A stretch of DNA of 49,305 nt from a virus. Taxonomy: Duplodnaviria; Caudoviricetes. Below, in pieces: positions 18,149 to 27,758 of this stretch. The stretch is taken from positions 1 through 49,305 of IMG/VR virus record IMGVR_UViG_3300033067_000179, one strand, 5' to 3'. Made by a program: the position numbers and the translations under genes. The notes under the pieces were generated by a model. The model saw nothing but the letters and a program-made list of their open reading frames with translations, was not told the origin of the DNA and made no database searches. The first letter of the stretch is position 1. Each line of letters opens with the position of its first letter.

Positions 18149-18284
18149 GCTTCACCCAGAACTACCCTACGCTTGTATTATTTATGAGAATGAAGACCCG
18201 GTGTATGTATTACCCCCGCCGGTATTTACCAACGAAGATCCTCTGTTTGAGGATAAGCTTCAACCGATTGAGGACGAACTGTAA
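18138..18284 (+). CDS. small acidic hypothetical protein (48 aa)
   Basis: GAGGAG RBS, TAATG coupling to holin. Confidence 0.55.
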   Translation: MERKLHPELPYACIIYENEDPVYVLPPPVFTNEDPLFEDKLQPIEDEL

Positions 18285-18805
18285 TGGGTGATATTCTTAA
18301 GACAGTGGCCCCGTGGTTGGCATCTGCTATCGCTGGGCCTCTTGGTGGAATGGCAGTTAAATTCATTGCCGATAAAATTGGAGTTGAAGCCCAGACAGCA
18401 GAAGATCTGAGCAATGCTATTCAAGGCATGACTCCTGAAAAACTAGCGGAGCTAAAGCTTGCTGACAAAGAACTGGAAGTTCGGCTTAAAGAGTTGGGAT
18501 TTAAGAATCAAGAAGAGCTTTACAAGTCTGAGGTCGCTGATCGGACCTCGGCTAGAACTCTTTTTCAGACCGGAAACAAACTTATCGGATGGATTTCTGT
18601 TCTCACTATTCTTGGGTTTTTTGTGTCTTGCGGATTTATTCTTAAGGGCGGGCTGAGAGGTCTTGAGCCAGAAGAGTACATTATTGCAGGCACCGTAATC
18701 GGCTACCTCGCAGCATATACTCAACAGATCTATAATTACTTTTTCGGATCCAGTTCGTCGTCTGATAAAAAGACTGATATCATGTCGGTACTTGGAAAGA
18801 AATAA
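18284..18805 (+). CDS. putative holin (3-TM GTA-holin-like)
   Basis: VAPWLASAIAGPLGG N-terminus, DR.SAR, two TM helices, YFFGSS. Confidence 0.7.
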   Translation: MGDILKTVAPWLASAIAGPLGGMAVKFIADKIGVEAQTAEDLSNAIQGMTPEKLAELKLADKELEVRLKELGFKNQEELYKSEVADRTSARTLFQTGNKLIGWISVLTILGFFVSCGFILKGGLRGLEPEEYIIAGTVIGYLAAYTQQIYNYFFGSSSSSDKKTDIMSVLGKK

Positions 18806-18996
18806 TGCCTAAAAAACCACTGACTCATCTAGAGCTGCTGGAACGTCTTAAACAGGTCGATGAAGTATCTTTGCTTGAAATGCTGGAGATTTACTCTGAT
18901 GAGTTAGTGGATAGGTTTCAAGACAAAATCGAAGCAAAACGAGAGTTTCTTCTCGGGGAATTAGAAGAGGATGACGAAGAGCCGCAGGAGAATTAA
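18805..18996 (+). CDS. small acidic hypothetical protein
   Basis: LT..EL.ERLKQ.DEV.LLE.LEI.S.ELVDRF.DKIE; TAATG coupling. Confidence 0.7.
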   Translation: MPKKPLTHLELLERLKQVDEVSLLEMLEIYSDELVDRFQDKIEAKREFLLGELEEDDEEPQEN

Positions 18997-19138
18997 GGTA
19001 CATGAGGAGCTACTCACCGATCCTCAATTCCGGCATCAAGTCCACAAACTTAAAAAACAAAGCCTTCATCGCCAACAAGAACGGGAATGGAAGCGAGAAC
19101 TTAAGGATTTTCTAACTGATGAAAAACCCAAAGATTGA
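18971..19138 (+). CDS. small basic protein with ArfA-like motif (55 aa, below ORF-track cutoff)
   Basis: hand translation MTKSRRRIKVHEELLTDPQFRHQVHKLKKQSLHRQQEREWKRELKDFLTDEKPKD; fills gap, overlapping both neighbours. Confidence 0.55.
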   Translation: MTKSRRRIKVHEELLTDPQFRHQVHKLKKQSLHRQQEREWKRELKDFLTDEKPKD

Positions 19139-19445
19139 TTTACATTATCCGATGGTGTTAATCATCTGGGACGACGCTTCTGGTTTCCGTCACGGATGGA
19201 TGGATAAGGTAGATGAACCCCGCCCACAACTTGTAATGAGTGTGGGCTTTCTTATCAAAGATACACCTGATTACATAATTTATGCTTCAGATACGGATAC
19301 CGATGGTGCCCATAATGGGCGTACTCAGATCCCTCGAGGCATGGTTAAAAAGATTCAGATTCTTCGTCACCCCACTAAAAAGGAACAGCCCCTTGCAGAA
19401 AAACAGATTCAAGAACCACTTCGCGGAAAACATCTTCCGGAATAA
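19119..19445 (+). CDS. phage hypothetical protein (W.DA...GW / SVG.L pattern)
   Basis: IIWDDA, SVGFLI, IPRGMVKKI; AAGGA RBS. Confidence 0.75.
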   Translation: MKNPKIDLHYPMVLIIWDDASGFRHGWMDKVDEPRPQLVMSVGFLIKDTPDYIIYASDTDTDGAHNGRTQIPRGMVKKIQILRHPTKKEQPLAEKQIQEPLRGKHLPE

Positions 19446-21024
19446 ATACGCCCAAGGTCCTAACGATACTTGGGATAACCTGTGTGAACGCCTTGTTGCT
19501 GACGTATGTAACGAAACCCACCGCCCCCTTATGGATAAAGAAGAGCAGGGGCAGTTGGTTGAGTACATGAAAGAAATGAAGTTTCTGCCCGGTGGTCGTT
19601 ACCTGTACTACGCTGGTCGTCCAGCTAAGTTCTACAATAACTGTTATCTGCTTCGTGCAGAGGAAGATACGAGAGAAGAATGGGCGGCTGTTACGTGGCG
19701 GGCTATGTCCTGCTTAATGACGGGAGGCGGCATTGGAATTGACTATTCGAGACTACGACCGGCTGGTAAGGTACTTGCACGAACTGGAGGGCAAAGTAGC
19801 GGTCCTCTCCCACTCATGTACTCTATTAATGAAATCGGACGAAACGTTATGCAAGGAGGTTCTCGCAGAAGTGCAATCTATGCAAGTCTCAATTGGCAGC
19901 ATGAAGATGTTGGTGAATTCTTGCAGGCCAAAAATTGGTCGCCAGAGGTGGCCGAACTAAAGAAAAAAGATTTCAATTTCCCAGCTCCGCTGGACATGAC
20001 TAATATCAGTATTAATTACGACGACGCTGCTTTGAATAATCTGAGTGAAAATAAGATTTTCCTTGAGAACTGCAAACAAGCAATGAGTACCGGGGAACCG
20101 GGATTCAGTTTCAACTTCGATAACAAACAAAATGAGACCCTTCGCAATGCGTGTACAGAGGTAACTAGTGAGGACGATTCCGATGTATGCAACCTTGGAT
20201 CAATTAACCTTGGCAATATCGAATCTCTTGAAGAATTCAGATGCGTCACGATGCTGGCTTCCAAGTTCCTTGTGTGCGGAACTCTCCGAGCAGCTTTACC
20301 CTATGACAAAGTTTATAGAGTTCGAGAAAAGAATAGACGACTCGGGCTTGGTCTCATGGGAATTCACGAATGGCTCCTCAGACGCGGACAGGGATATTCT
20401 GTCACTCCGGAATTAAAGAAATGGCTCGAGGTTTATCGGGATGAGTCTAAAGCTGCTGCTGATTCTCATTGTGCTCGTTTATTTATTTCTTCTCCAGTGG
20501 CATATCGAGCGATTGCTCCGACAGGATCTATCGGAATTTTGGCGGGAACTACTACTGGGATTGAACCTCTTTTTGCTGTGGCTTACAAGCGGCGTTATCT
20601 TCGGGACGCTACTCGTTGGCATTATGAGTATGTGGTGGATGCTGCTGCGGACCGTATAATTAAAGAGGGTGATATTAACCCGGATAAAATTGAAACCGCT
20701 CTTGATCTAGCAGAGGATTATGAAAAACGAATCAAATTCCAAGCAGATGTACAGGATTACGTTGACATGTCAATCAGTTCCACAATTAACCTCCCTGCTT
20801 GGGGAACTAAGGGGAACAACGAGGACCTTGTTGGCCGATTCGCAGGATCACTTGCGAGATTTGCTCCTAGACTTCGTGGGTTTACTTGTTACCCGGATGG
20901 AAGTAGAGGAGGTCAACCCCTCACCAGAGTTGACTACCAAGACGCCTTGAACCATAAAGGGGTGGTTTACGAAGAAGTAGATGTCTGTTCAATTACTGGT
21001 AAAGGAGGGACGTGCGGTGCCTAA
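19393..21024 (+). CDS. nrdJ: class II (adenosylcobalamin-dependent) ribonucleotide reductase, compact form
   Basis: PGGRYL, NNCY, GGGIG, RRSA, GEPG, NACTE radical Cys, CNLGS, APTG, C-terminal Cys pair; no beta subunit or activase in genome; start probably TTG 19393. Confidence 0.88.
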   Translation: MQKNRFKNHFAENIFRNKYAQGPNDTWDNLCERLVADVCNETHRPLMDKEEQGQLVEYMKEMKFLPGGRYLYYAGRPAKFYNNCYLLRAEEDTREEWAAVTWRAMSCLMTGGGIGIDYSRLRPAGKVLARTGGQSSGPLPLMYSINEIGRNVMQGGSRRSAIYASLNWQHEDVGEFLQAKNWSPEVAELKKKDFNFPAPLDMTNISINYDDAALNNLSENKIFLENCKQAMSTGEPGFSFNFDNKQNETLRNACTEVTSEDDSDVCNLGSINLGNIESLEEFRCVTMLASKFLVCGTLRAALPYDKVYRVREKNRRLGLGLMGIHEWLLRRGQGYSVTPELKKWLEVYRDESKAAADSHCARLFISSPVAYRAIAPTGSIGILAGTTTGIEPLFAVAYKRRYLRDATRWHYEYVVDAAADRIIKEGDINPDKIETALDLAEDYEKRIKFQADVQDYVDMSISSTINLPAWGTKGNNEDLVGRFAGSLARFAPRLRGFTCYPDGSRGGQPLTRVDYQDALNHKGVVYEEVDVCSITGKGGTCGA

Positions 21025-21202
21025 ACGTGCTGTAATTTTTCGCTGGGTATCCGGCTTTGCCGTAGGGTTTGATATTGACTTTGATATGGCAGCCGTAAAT
21101 ATTTGGGTTGGTATTGTTTCTGTTACCGTTATCTGGAACCTTGAAAACTTTCGAGATAATCTAATTGGTCTTAGTAAAGATAACCTAAAGGGAGAAGAGT
21201 AG
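21017..21202 (+). CDS. small hydrophobic hypothetical protein
   Basis: AAGGAGG RBS plus GTG. Confidence 0.55.
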   Translation: MPKRAVIFRWVSGFAVGFDIDFDMAAVNIWVGIVSVTVIWNLENFRDNLIGLSKDNLKGEE

Positions 21203-21666
21203 TGGATCCAGTTACCGTAGAAGTAAACAACTTCAAGAAAGCTTTAGAGTTTACCTCGAAGTGGGAAGGTGGGTGGTCTAACCATCCGTCTGACCCGGGT
21301 GGCAAAACTAAATATGGAATTACTGAGGCCGTTTACCTTCAGTATTTTCCGGGGCAAAAAATTGAAGACTGTACTCGAGACGAAGCAGCAGCTATTTATC
21401 GGAATATTTATTGGAATGGTACTAAATGCGGGGATCTTCCTTTTCCTCTGGCTGTTGTCGTTTTTGATTCGGCTGTTAACTGTGGGGTTTCTCGAGCTAA
21501 TAAATGGCTAGAGAAAACACAAGACCCCAAAGAATACATCGAACTCAGGCGTCAGTACTACTACGACCTGATTGAACGACGTAAATCCTTTGAGGTCTTT
21601 AAGAGGGGTTGGTTAAATCGAATTAATGATTTAAGTAAGTATGTAGATATCTTACTCCTCTCGTAA
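21202..21666 (+). CDS. endolysin, glycoside hydrolase family 108
   Basis: EGGWSNHPSDPGGKTKYGIT, IY...YW, FD.AVN.G, F..GW.NR. Confidence 0.93.
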   Translation: MDPVTVEVNNFKKALEFTSKWEGGWSNHPSDPGGKTKYGITEAVYLQYFPGQKIEDCTRDEAAAIYRNIYWNGTKCGDLPFPLAVVVFDSAVNCGVSRANKWLEKTQDPKEYIELRRQYYYDLIERRKSFEVFKRGWLNRINDLSKYVDILLLS

Positions 21667-24600
21667 GTACTTTTGCTGTTGCACGAAGCGTTGACTGCGG
21701 CTCCGGCGGTTCAGAACTTGTTCCGTCGGAGTCCAGTTCTTCTTCTCCGCAGTTGTATACAGGTTCCTCACCTGTTCGTTGGTCGCTCCAAGCGCCAACA
21801 TCTTATCAATCTCCTTGGCAGGAAACTTCTCCCCCTCCCGAATTTTACGAATAGCTGCATCCCGAGCGGAGTTCATTTGCTGTTTCTGAGCTTCGACGTG
21901 CTGCTGTAACAGGTACTTACGGTGAGTCTCTACAGACTCTCGAATAGAGCGGACACCCAATGCCCGCATATCTTGCTCTCCCTCCGTACGGTGGACCCGA
22001 ACCCCTCGCTGTGGATCTCGGACGTTAATGACATCACCATTTTTCTTGGTGTTTGCCTGCTCAAATGCCCAACGGTACGGGCCTCCTTGTGGGAGGACTT
22101 GATTGAGAAGGGGATTAACATCCCGTTCTTTAATCGACTGCACACCACCCATAACTGTTTCCCCGATTTTTCCGGGAATTACAAACAAGTTATCAGGGTT
22201 AGTCATAGACGGAGCAGAGAACGACAGAGATACATCCGCTCCAGTCACAGCCGACACCGCCCCAAAATTCATGGCGCGATCCCAAACTCCCTTGTTATTC
22301 TTGGCACTGTATACCCGATCCTCAATCTTCCATTTCGAGAACGGATCGATAATCCCGGCCTTTTCCAGAACACCCATAACCCGGTCATAATCTTCCCGGA
22401 GAGGCATTCCAATTAATCCGGAAGTAAGGTAAGTAGCCGCTAACATCATACCAGCCGGATACAAGTATTGGGGCTTCAGACCGTTTCTGGCGGCCTCTAC
22501 GAACAGGGCAGACATCTGACTAGCGTAGTTCATTTTAAACGTCGCCAGCGGGCTTAAAAGGTCTCCCAAGGCCCCTGCCTTTTGGAAGACTAAGGGTTTA
22601 GAAGCTGGGCGGTAGTCAACCATCTTAATATTAGTGATATTACCGGCAGTCTCGAGGAGCTGTTTGCCAGACAAACCACTATCTTTAAGATAATGGAACA
22701 TACTCAGGTAGAACTGAGTACGGGCTACCTGTTCCGAATAACGAATAAGGTGGGCACCAGTAACCCAGTCCATTACCCTATTATTGATAATATCCTTGTG
22801 GAACGCTCGCATTTCCTCGATAAAGTGGGGCTTAATAACGTCGTGTTGTTCGGCCCACTTCATGGCCTCTCGAATCTCTTTTGGAGGTCCGGCCTTATCC
22901 CACGCTTTTCCAAGGAAATAACGGTTGAAATCAACCATCCCTTTAAAGAGGGCGGGAGTAACTGTACCAGCACCACCAACCCCCTTAGACCCAAGTTCAG
23001 CAAACGCGGGCATAATGGATTGCAAAGGCTGGACAAGTTGGGTTCCAACATAACGCATGTTATATCCACCAAAGAAGTTTAGCATTACTGCCGACTTCAA
23101 GGCGGTGGCTGTAGTGCCAAACACATCGGCACGGATACCAGTAAGCTGTGATAAGCCCCCGGTAATAGCGTCTACTGCCGCATCAGCGACTCGTCCAATA
23201 GTCGGAAGGTCTCTCCGCATAGCAACATCCCAATGCTGCCTAGCATATGCCTGAGCATTAGCTTGTCCCGGAATGCTGTTACCATCCGTAATAGCACGGA
23301 CGTACTTATCGTGGCGATTAACCTCCGCCCATTCAGCCATTTGTTCGGCATAGTAAGTTGCAGCACGGATTCCATCTTTAAAGTTATCCAGTCCAGAACG
23401 CATTGGATCAAATCCAAGGGTTCCGTAGATTCCTTTTTTCTCTTTAAAGTGTTGGTGGCCGCTAGACTGTTTTTCAACTTCCTTAGCAATCGCCTCAGTG
23501 ATTAACTCTTTGGCCGCAGTAACTCGAGGATCAGCATTTTCATCCAAATGCTTCATCATATCCTCGAAGATAAGTTGGGCATTATCAACAGCACCTCGAC
23601 CTCGAGTTGTCGAGCGAGTACGAGCTTCAATCTCCCCGAAGTTCCAGTCCGGATGTTCCGCCTTCAACTTAGCGATCACTCGCTTCAGCGAACCCAGTTC
23701 TTGGGTTCCAAATCTCCCCACAATCTTATTATCCACAAACGCATTGACTTGCCACCGTCCGGCAAATTGACCCGGGAAATAGCCCGGGCGTTCACGAACA
23801 GGTTTCATCCCGTTTGCCACACGGACTTCGTTAACAGTAGCAAGGATGTCTTTCATGTTCTTTTGGAGGTGGCCGTACCACTCAATAACCTCCGGAGACC
23901 AGCCTTGAGCTTTAAGCTCTTCCGCAGGAACCCAACGCTTACCCTCTTCTTTCCAGATAACGTCTGTCCAGAATTTTCCGATTTCTTCCTTGAGGGCTTT
24001 TGAACGCATCAGTTTGGCAGAGGACGCAACAATACCCGAGATTGGGTGACGTACCCAATTCTCAATATGGTTACTGATATCTCCCTTTGCCTTCTCCATA
24101 ACAGAGTAGACCGCTTTAAGTGTAGGATTGTTTGTTGTGCGGGCAGTATCGGAAAGGCTAGATTGCAGGTCGTGGATCAAAGTTTTAAGGCTAGTCCACT
24201 GAACACTGTCTCCCCACTTCCCCTTAAAGCCAGTATCAATATCTTTGTGGCCCTGAAGATCCTTGACCATTTCCTCAACCGGCTTAAGTTCCATTCGGTA
24301 ATCAGAGATTCCCGTGATTTGTTTAGAAGCTTCCGCAGCCGTTTGGTTTTGATATGTTTCGACAGGAGGAGCCTTCTTTCCACCATGCTCGATTTCGTAC
24401 ATAGTCTTTAAGACTTCCTCGGGAATACCCCTGTGCTCGGGACGCTTGGCATACTCAACCAGAGTAGGCTTCCCACCGAAGAGGTCGATCACTCCTGCCT
24501 GCTTTCCTCCGGGTTGTCCCATAGGCATTCCTTCCCGAATAGCATCGGGCATAGGACGGTAGGTTGGATTTGTAGAAATGGATCCAGAACCGCTTGATCT

Positions 24601-26769
24601 TCCTTGAGCTTCTGGTACTAATCGGCTAGGCCAATTCCGATCAAAGGCTTCACCATTAAAACGATCATGAGTAATGAGGACTGGGACTTTCTCAATTCCT
24701 TGACGAGCAAACTCATCCATACGGTGACGACCTTCATGAGAAGTCACAAACGTACGTCCATTAGTATGCGTATCTACTGTGAGTTGGGGACCATCCATTA
24801 ATCCAGTCTCAGTAGCTAGTCCTTGACGAATTGATTCCCATTTTTCAGGGGCGAGTTTCATCCTCTCAGAACCGCGAGGACCGGCTAATTCCAAGAACTC
24901 TTTCGGAGACATCCAAACAACACGATCTCCAGAATTCCATTGATCTGGTTGTGCTTGTTTGGTAGCGGCCTTTAGAGTTTCTATCCATTTCGGACTAAAT
25001 GTACCGGCAAATTTATCCAAAGCACCCACATTACCAAGCTTCCGAATAAGAGCCGATACACCAAAAGTCAGAATGTCAGGATCGATTACGCCGCTTTGCT
25101 TGCCACCGGGCTTTCCCCGTGGGACGGGGCGACCCTCCGGCACCCCAAGATTAGGACGTTCAGTTTTAACAATACCATCAGGATAAACCTTATGGACTCC
25201 GTAATCCGAAACCTCTCCCGCAGACGACTGAGTATCACGACGATACATTTCAGCCTTCTCCCGGTAGAATTGGAGTTTACGTTGCTCATACTTATCAAGG
25301 TACTCCCCATAACGTTCTTGGAGTTCTCGAGCAGTTTCAGTGATCTGCTTAAGGCTGGCCTCTAGAACTCGTTGGGTAGCTCCCGAAGGACCACGATTAA
25401 CAGTCCCTTGGTTAGTTTTACCCATGCGGTAATCCGAGGCGGCTTGCATGTTAGCCTCAACATCATCCCACAGCCGACGAACCTCTTTCAGAACATTACG
25501 AATAGCTGTAGATTTATTAGAAGCCCGCTCAATAGATTCTACAAGGTTGGGACGAACATCCGTCGTATTGTAATCAATACCTTTACCAGACTCTAATGAA
25601 TCTGCTTGTTTACTTAGCTCATCCGCCTTTTTAAATAAATGCTCAACTTCAGGGAATGATTTTCCTTCATTCAATAGGCGATTAGCTTGTTCATAATAAA
25701 TTTCTGCTCTACGGCGAATAATGGCAGGATCGCCTTTAGGAGTGGGCGGAGCATCTTCCGCAAGACGAGGACCAACTTCCGCTCCTGCTTGGCGGATCGC
25801 TGCTTGTGTTTCTTTAGGCCCCATCCCAGCAATATTTTCGACTGGGTTAGTTCCTTGAAATTCATCATTTAGGGTGCGGAGTTCTCCCGGAGTAGCACGA
25901 TCAGCCAGTGCTTCCAGATCTCGACCACCGTAATGCTCGCCACCTTTTTCATACACCCGCGCATCAAATTGTGGGGCAGTATAAGGATTGATTCGTTGAC
26001 GATCAATTGCATTTGTAGCCAAGTCTCCCTTTACTTCAGGAGCGCCTTCAGTAAGTCCGGCTTCCTTAAGCACTTGTTCCATAGCCAAGTCTTCAGCAGC
26101 TTTGGCTTGGGCGTCCTCAGCCGCCTTTGCAGCCCGTGCTTTAATTTCAGCTTCAGCTTTAGCACGGATTTCAGCAGCGTGACGAGCACGCATATTAGCC
26201 GGAAGTTTTGCAGCAGGAGAAAGTACCGCAGCACCCATTCCCACATCAAACATACCTTCACCAGCACTCTGAGCAGCCGCATTATCCGGGACATCTTTAT
26301 CTCCGCGAAGAATACGATCCACAATCATAGCGGCTGGACCAGCAGCAACTAACGGATTACTCGCAATACGTTGCGCTTGGTTCCCAGTCTGCTCTTTAGC
26401 CCACTCAAAAAACTTTCCAATTTTTTCGTCATAGTATTTAGACGAATCCTGCATAGTTGGAAGTTCGAGTTTATTCTGTTCAGGGTGAACTCGTCCTGCG
26501 GTATTAAGTGATTCTCCTTGAGATAAATCAGAAGCAACTTGACCTGCTTGTGTTCCCATAGATAATGGGAAGTTTACCAGACCTCGTACAAGAGATTCAG
26601 CAAGTCCTCCAGCATTTTTGAGAGTGTCTGTTGCAATGTTTCCAGCACCATCTTTCCCCTGTTGCGCTTTGATGTGAGAATCAGACGAACGAATCTGACT
26701 AATCGTTTGGTTCAGATTAGTTTCATCCGCAATATTGTATTCAATCCCGTCAATACGGAACTTACCCAT
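21652..26769 (-). CDS. large internal virion / DNA ejection protein (1705 aa) containing a ParB/Srx-like module
   Basis: last gene of structural arm after other ejection-type genes; helical composition; EGRHR motif region. Confidence 0.75.
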   Translation of the reverse strand: MGKFRIDGIEYNIADETNLNQTISQIRSSDSHIKAQQGKDGAGNIATDTLKNAGGLAESLVRGLVNFPLSMGTQAGQVASDLSQGESLNTAGRVHPEQNKLELPTMQDSSKYYDEKIGKFFEWAKEQTGNQAQRIASNPLVAAGPAAMIVDRILRGDKDVPDNAAAQSAGEGMFDVGMGAAVLSPAAKLPANMRARHAAEIRAKAEAEIKARAAKAAEDAQAKAAEDLAMEQVLKEAGLTEGAPEVKGDLATNAIDRQRINPYTAPQFDARVYEKGGEHYGGRDLEALADRATPGELRTLNDEFQGTNPVENIAGMGPKETQAAIRQAGAEVGPRLAEDAPPTPKGDPAIIRRRAEIYYEQANRLLNEGKSFPEVEHLFKKADELSKQADSLESGKGIDYNTTDVRPNLVESIERASNKSTAIRNVLKEVRRLWDDVEANMQAASDYRMGKTNQGTVNRGPSGATQRVLEASLKQITETARELQERYGEYLDKYEQRKLQFYREKAEMYRRDTQSSAGEVSDYGVHKVYPDGIVKTERPNLGVPEGRPVPRGKPGGKQSGVIDPDILTFGVSALIRKLGNVGALDKFAGTFSPKWIETLKAATKQAQPDQWNSGDRVVWMSPKEFLELAGPRGSERMKLAPEKWESIRQGLATETGLMDGPQLTVDTHTNGRTFVTSHEGRHRMDEFARQGIEKVPVLITHDRFNGEAFDRNWPSRLVPEAQGRSSGSGSISTNPTYRPMPDAIREGMPMGQPGGKQAGVIDLFGGKPTLVEYAKRPEHRGIPEEVLKTMYEIEHGGKKAPPVETYQNQTAAEASKQITGISDYRMELKPVEEMVKDLQGHKDIDTGFKGKWGDSVQWTSLKTLIHDLQSSLSDTARTTNNPTLKAVYSVMEKAKGDISNHIENWVRHPISGIVASSAKLMRSKALKEEIGKFWTDVIWKEEGKRWVPAEELKAQGWSPEVIEWYGHLQKNMKDILATVNEVRVANGMKPVRERPGYFPGQFAGRWQVNAFVDNKIVGRFGTQELGSLKRVIAKLKAEHPDWNFGEIEARTRSTTRGRGAVDNAQLIFEDMMKHLDENADPRVTAAKELITEAIAKEVEKQSSGHQHFKEKKGIYGTLGFDPMRSGLDNFKDGIRAATYYAEQMAEWAEVNRHDKYVRAITDGNSIPGQANAQAYARQHWDVAMRRDLPTIGRVADAAVDAITGGLSQLTGIRADVFGTTATALKSAVMLNFFGGYNMRYVGTQLVQPLQSIMPAFAELGSKGVGGAGTVTPALFKGMVDFNRYFLGKAWDKAGPPKEIREAMKWAEQHDVIKPHFIEEMRAFHKDIINNRVMDWVTGAHLIRYSEQVARTQFYLSMFHYLKDSGLSGKQLLETAGNITNIKMVDYRPASKPLVFQKAGALGDLLSPLATFKMNYASQMSALFVEAARNGLKPQYLYPAGMMLAATYLTSGLIGMPLREDYDRVMGVLEKAGIIDPFSKWKIEDRVYSAKNNKGVWDRAMNFGAVSAVTGADVSLSFSAPSMTNPDNLFVIPGKIGETVMGGVQSIKERDVNPLLNQVLPQGGPYRWAFEQANTKKNGDVINVRDPQRGVRVHRTEGEQDMRALGVRSIRESVETHRKYLLQQHVEAQKQQMNSARDAAIRKIREGEKFPAKEIDKMLALGATNEQVRNLYTTAEKKNWTPTEQVLNRRSRSQRFVQQQKYLREE

Positions 26770-27755
26770 TACTTTACCCTTTCAACTCCGGGAGGAAGAT
26801 CCCCGGATTGAGGTAACGGCGCCCCATCCCTACCCATTCTCGGATCAGGAATTAGGGAACCTTTTGCAGCATCAGCAGGAGGTTGGCGAGTCGGATCCGC
26901 ATTAGTTACTTTAAGTTGAGCAGAGATACGCGCTTGTACGTTCGCTCGAATCTGGCCCGAAGGATCATTCTCATCATTAAGTACAGCAAGAATTCCCATC
27001 CCCTTAGCAATAGATGCGGGGCCATTTGATTTGTTAAAGGCATCTAACTGCGCTTTAAACGAAGTTGGGTCTAATTTACCACCAGCCCCACGCATTCCAG
27101 CAGCGGTAATACGTGCCATAGCCCCAATAAGGGCAACTGTCTGTGCAGACTCACCCCGAGCCTGTGCTACAGCAAGTGCTTTTTCATAGTCTTGGAATTT
27201 TTTATCAAGAGCACGTTGATGGTCTGGAGTATTTACTCCGGCGGTAGCCGTAGCCTCTAACTCGTTAGAACCAACAAACTCTCCGGGAGTCCGACCTGTC
27301 ATTCGTTGCATAAGCGTTTGCATAACCGGATTAAGCTTAGTTCTCATTTCAAGAGCTTGCTCCGGTGGAAGCTTTTTAAGTAATTGATTAATTGCATCTA
27401 ACCTAGTAGCAGCATTAGAATAATCAAGAGTATCTGCTTGTTGCCCAAATAATCTACCATGCGAAGATTTATAAGCAGCTTCAGCTTTCTTCCCCTCAAG
27501 ATCTGCATTAAGCATTTCTTGAACCATAGGAAGCTTAGCTCTGGCTTGAGCCATCTTAAGCTGGTCTTCTGCTTCTCGAGTGGGAGCATCCCTAAGAAAC
27601 TCAGAGACAGTCGTTTTCAGTTTAACGTTATTCAACGCATCCGTCATCAAATCTTGTTGTTTATTCAGATCGGAATAATGTTGTTTGTCTGAGTTTAAAA
27701 CTCCCCCAAGAAAACCACCAATAGGGTCAGTCTGAACGTCGTTGAAGGTAGCCAT
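26769..27755 (-). CDS. putative internal virion (ejection) protein
   Basis: position, Ala/Gln-rich helical sequence, TAATG coupling. Confidence 0.65.
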   Translation of the reverse strand: MATFNDVQTDPIGGFLGGVLNSDKQHYSDLNKQQDLMTDALNNVKLKTTVSEFLRDAPTREAEDQLKMAQARAKLPMVQEMLNADLEGKKAEAAYKSSHGRLFGQQADTLDYSNAATRLDAINQLLKKLPPEQALEMRTKLNPVMQTLMQRMTGRTPGEFVGSNELEATATAGVNTPDHQRALDKKFQDYEKALAVAQARGESAQTVALIGAMARITAAGMRGAGGKLDPTSFKAQLDAFNKSNGPASIAKGMGILAVLNDENDPSGQIRANVQARISAQLKVTNADPTRQPPADAAKGSLIPDPRMGRDGAPLPQSGDLPPGVERVK

Positions 27756-27758
27756 ATT

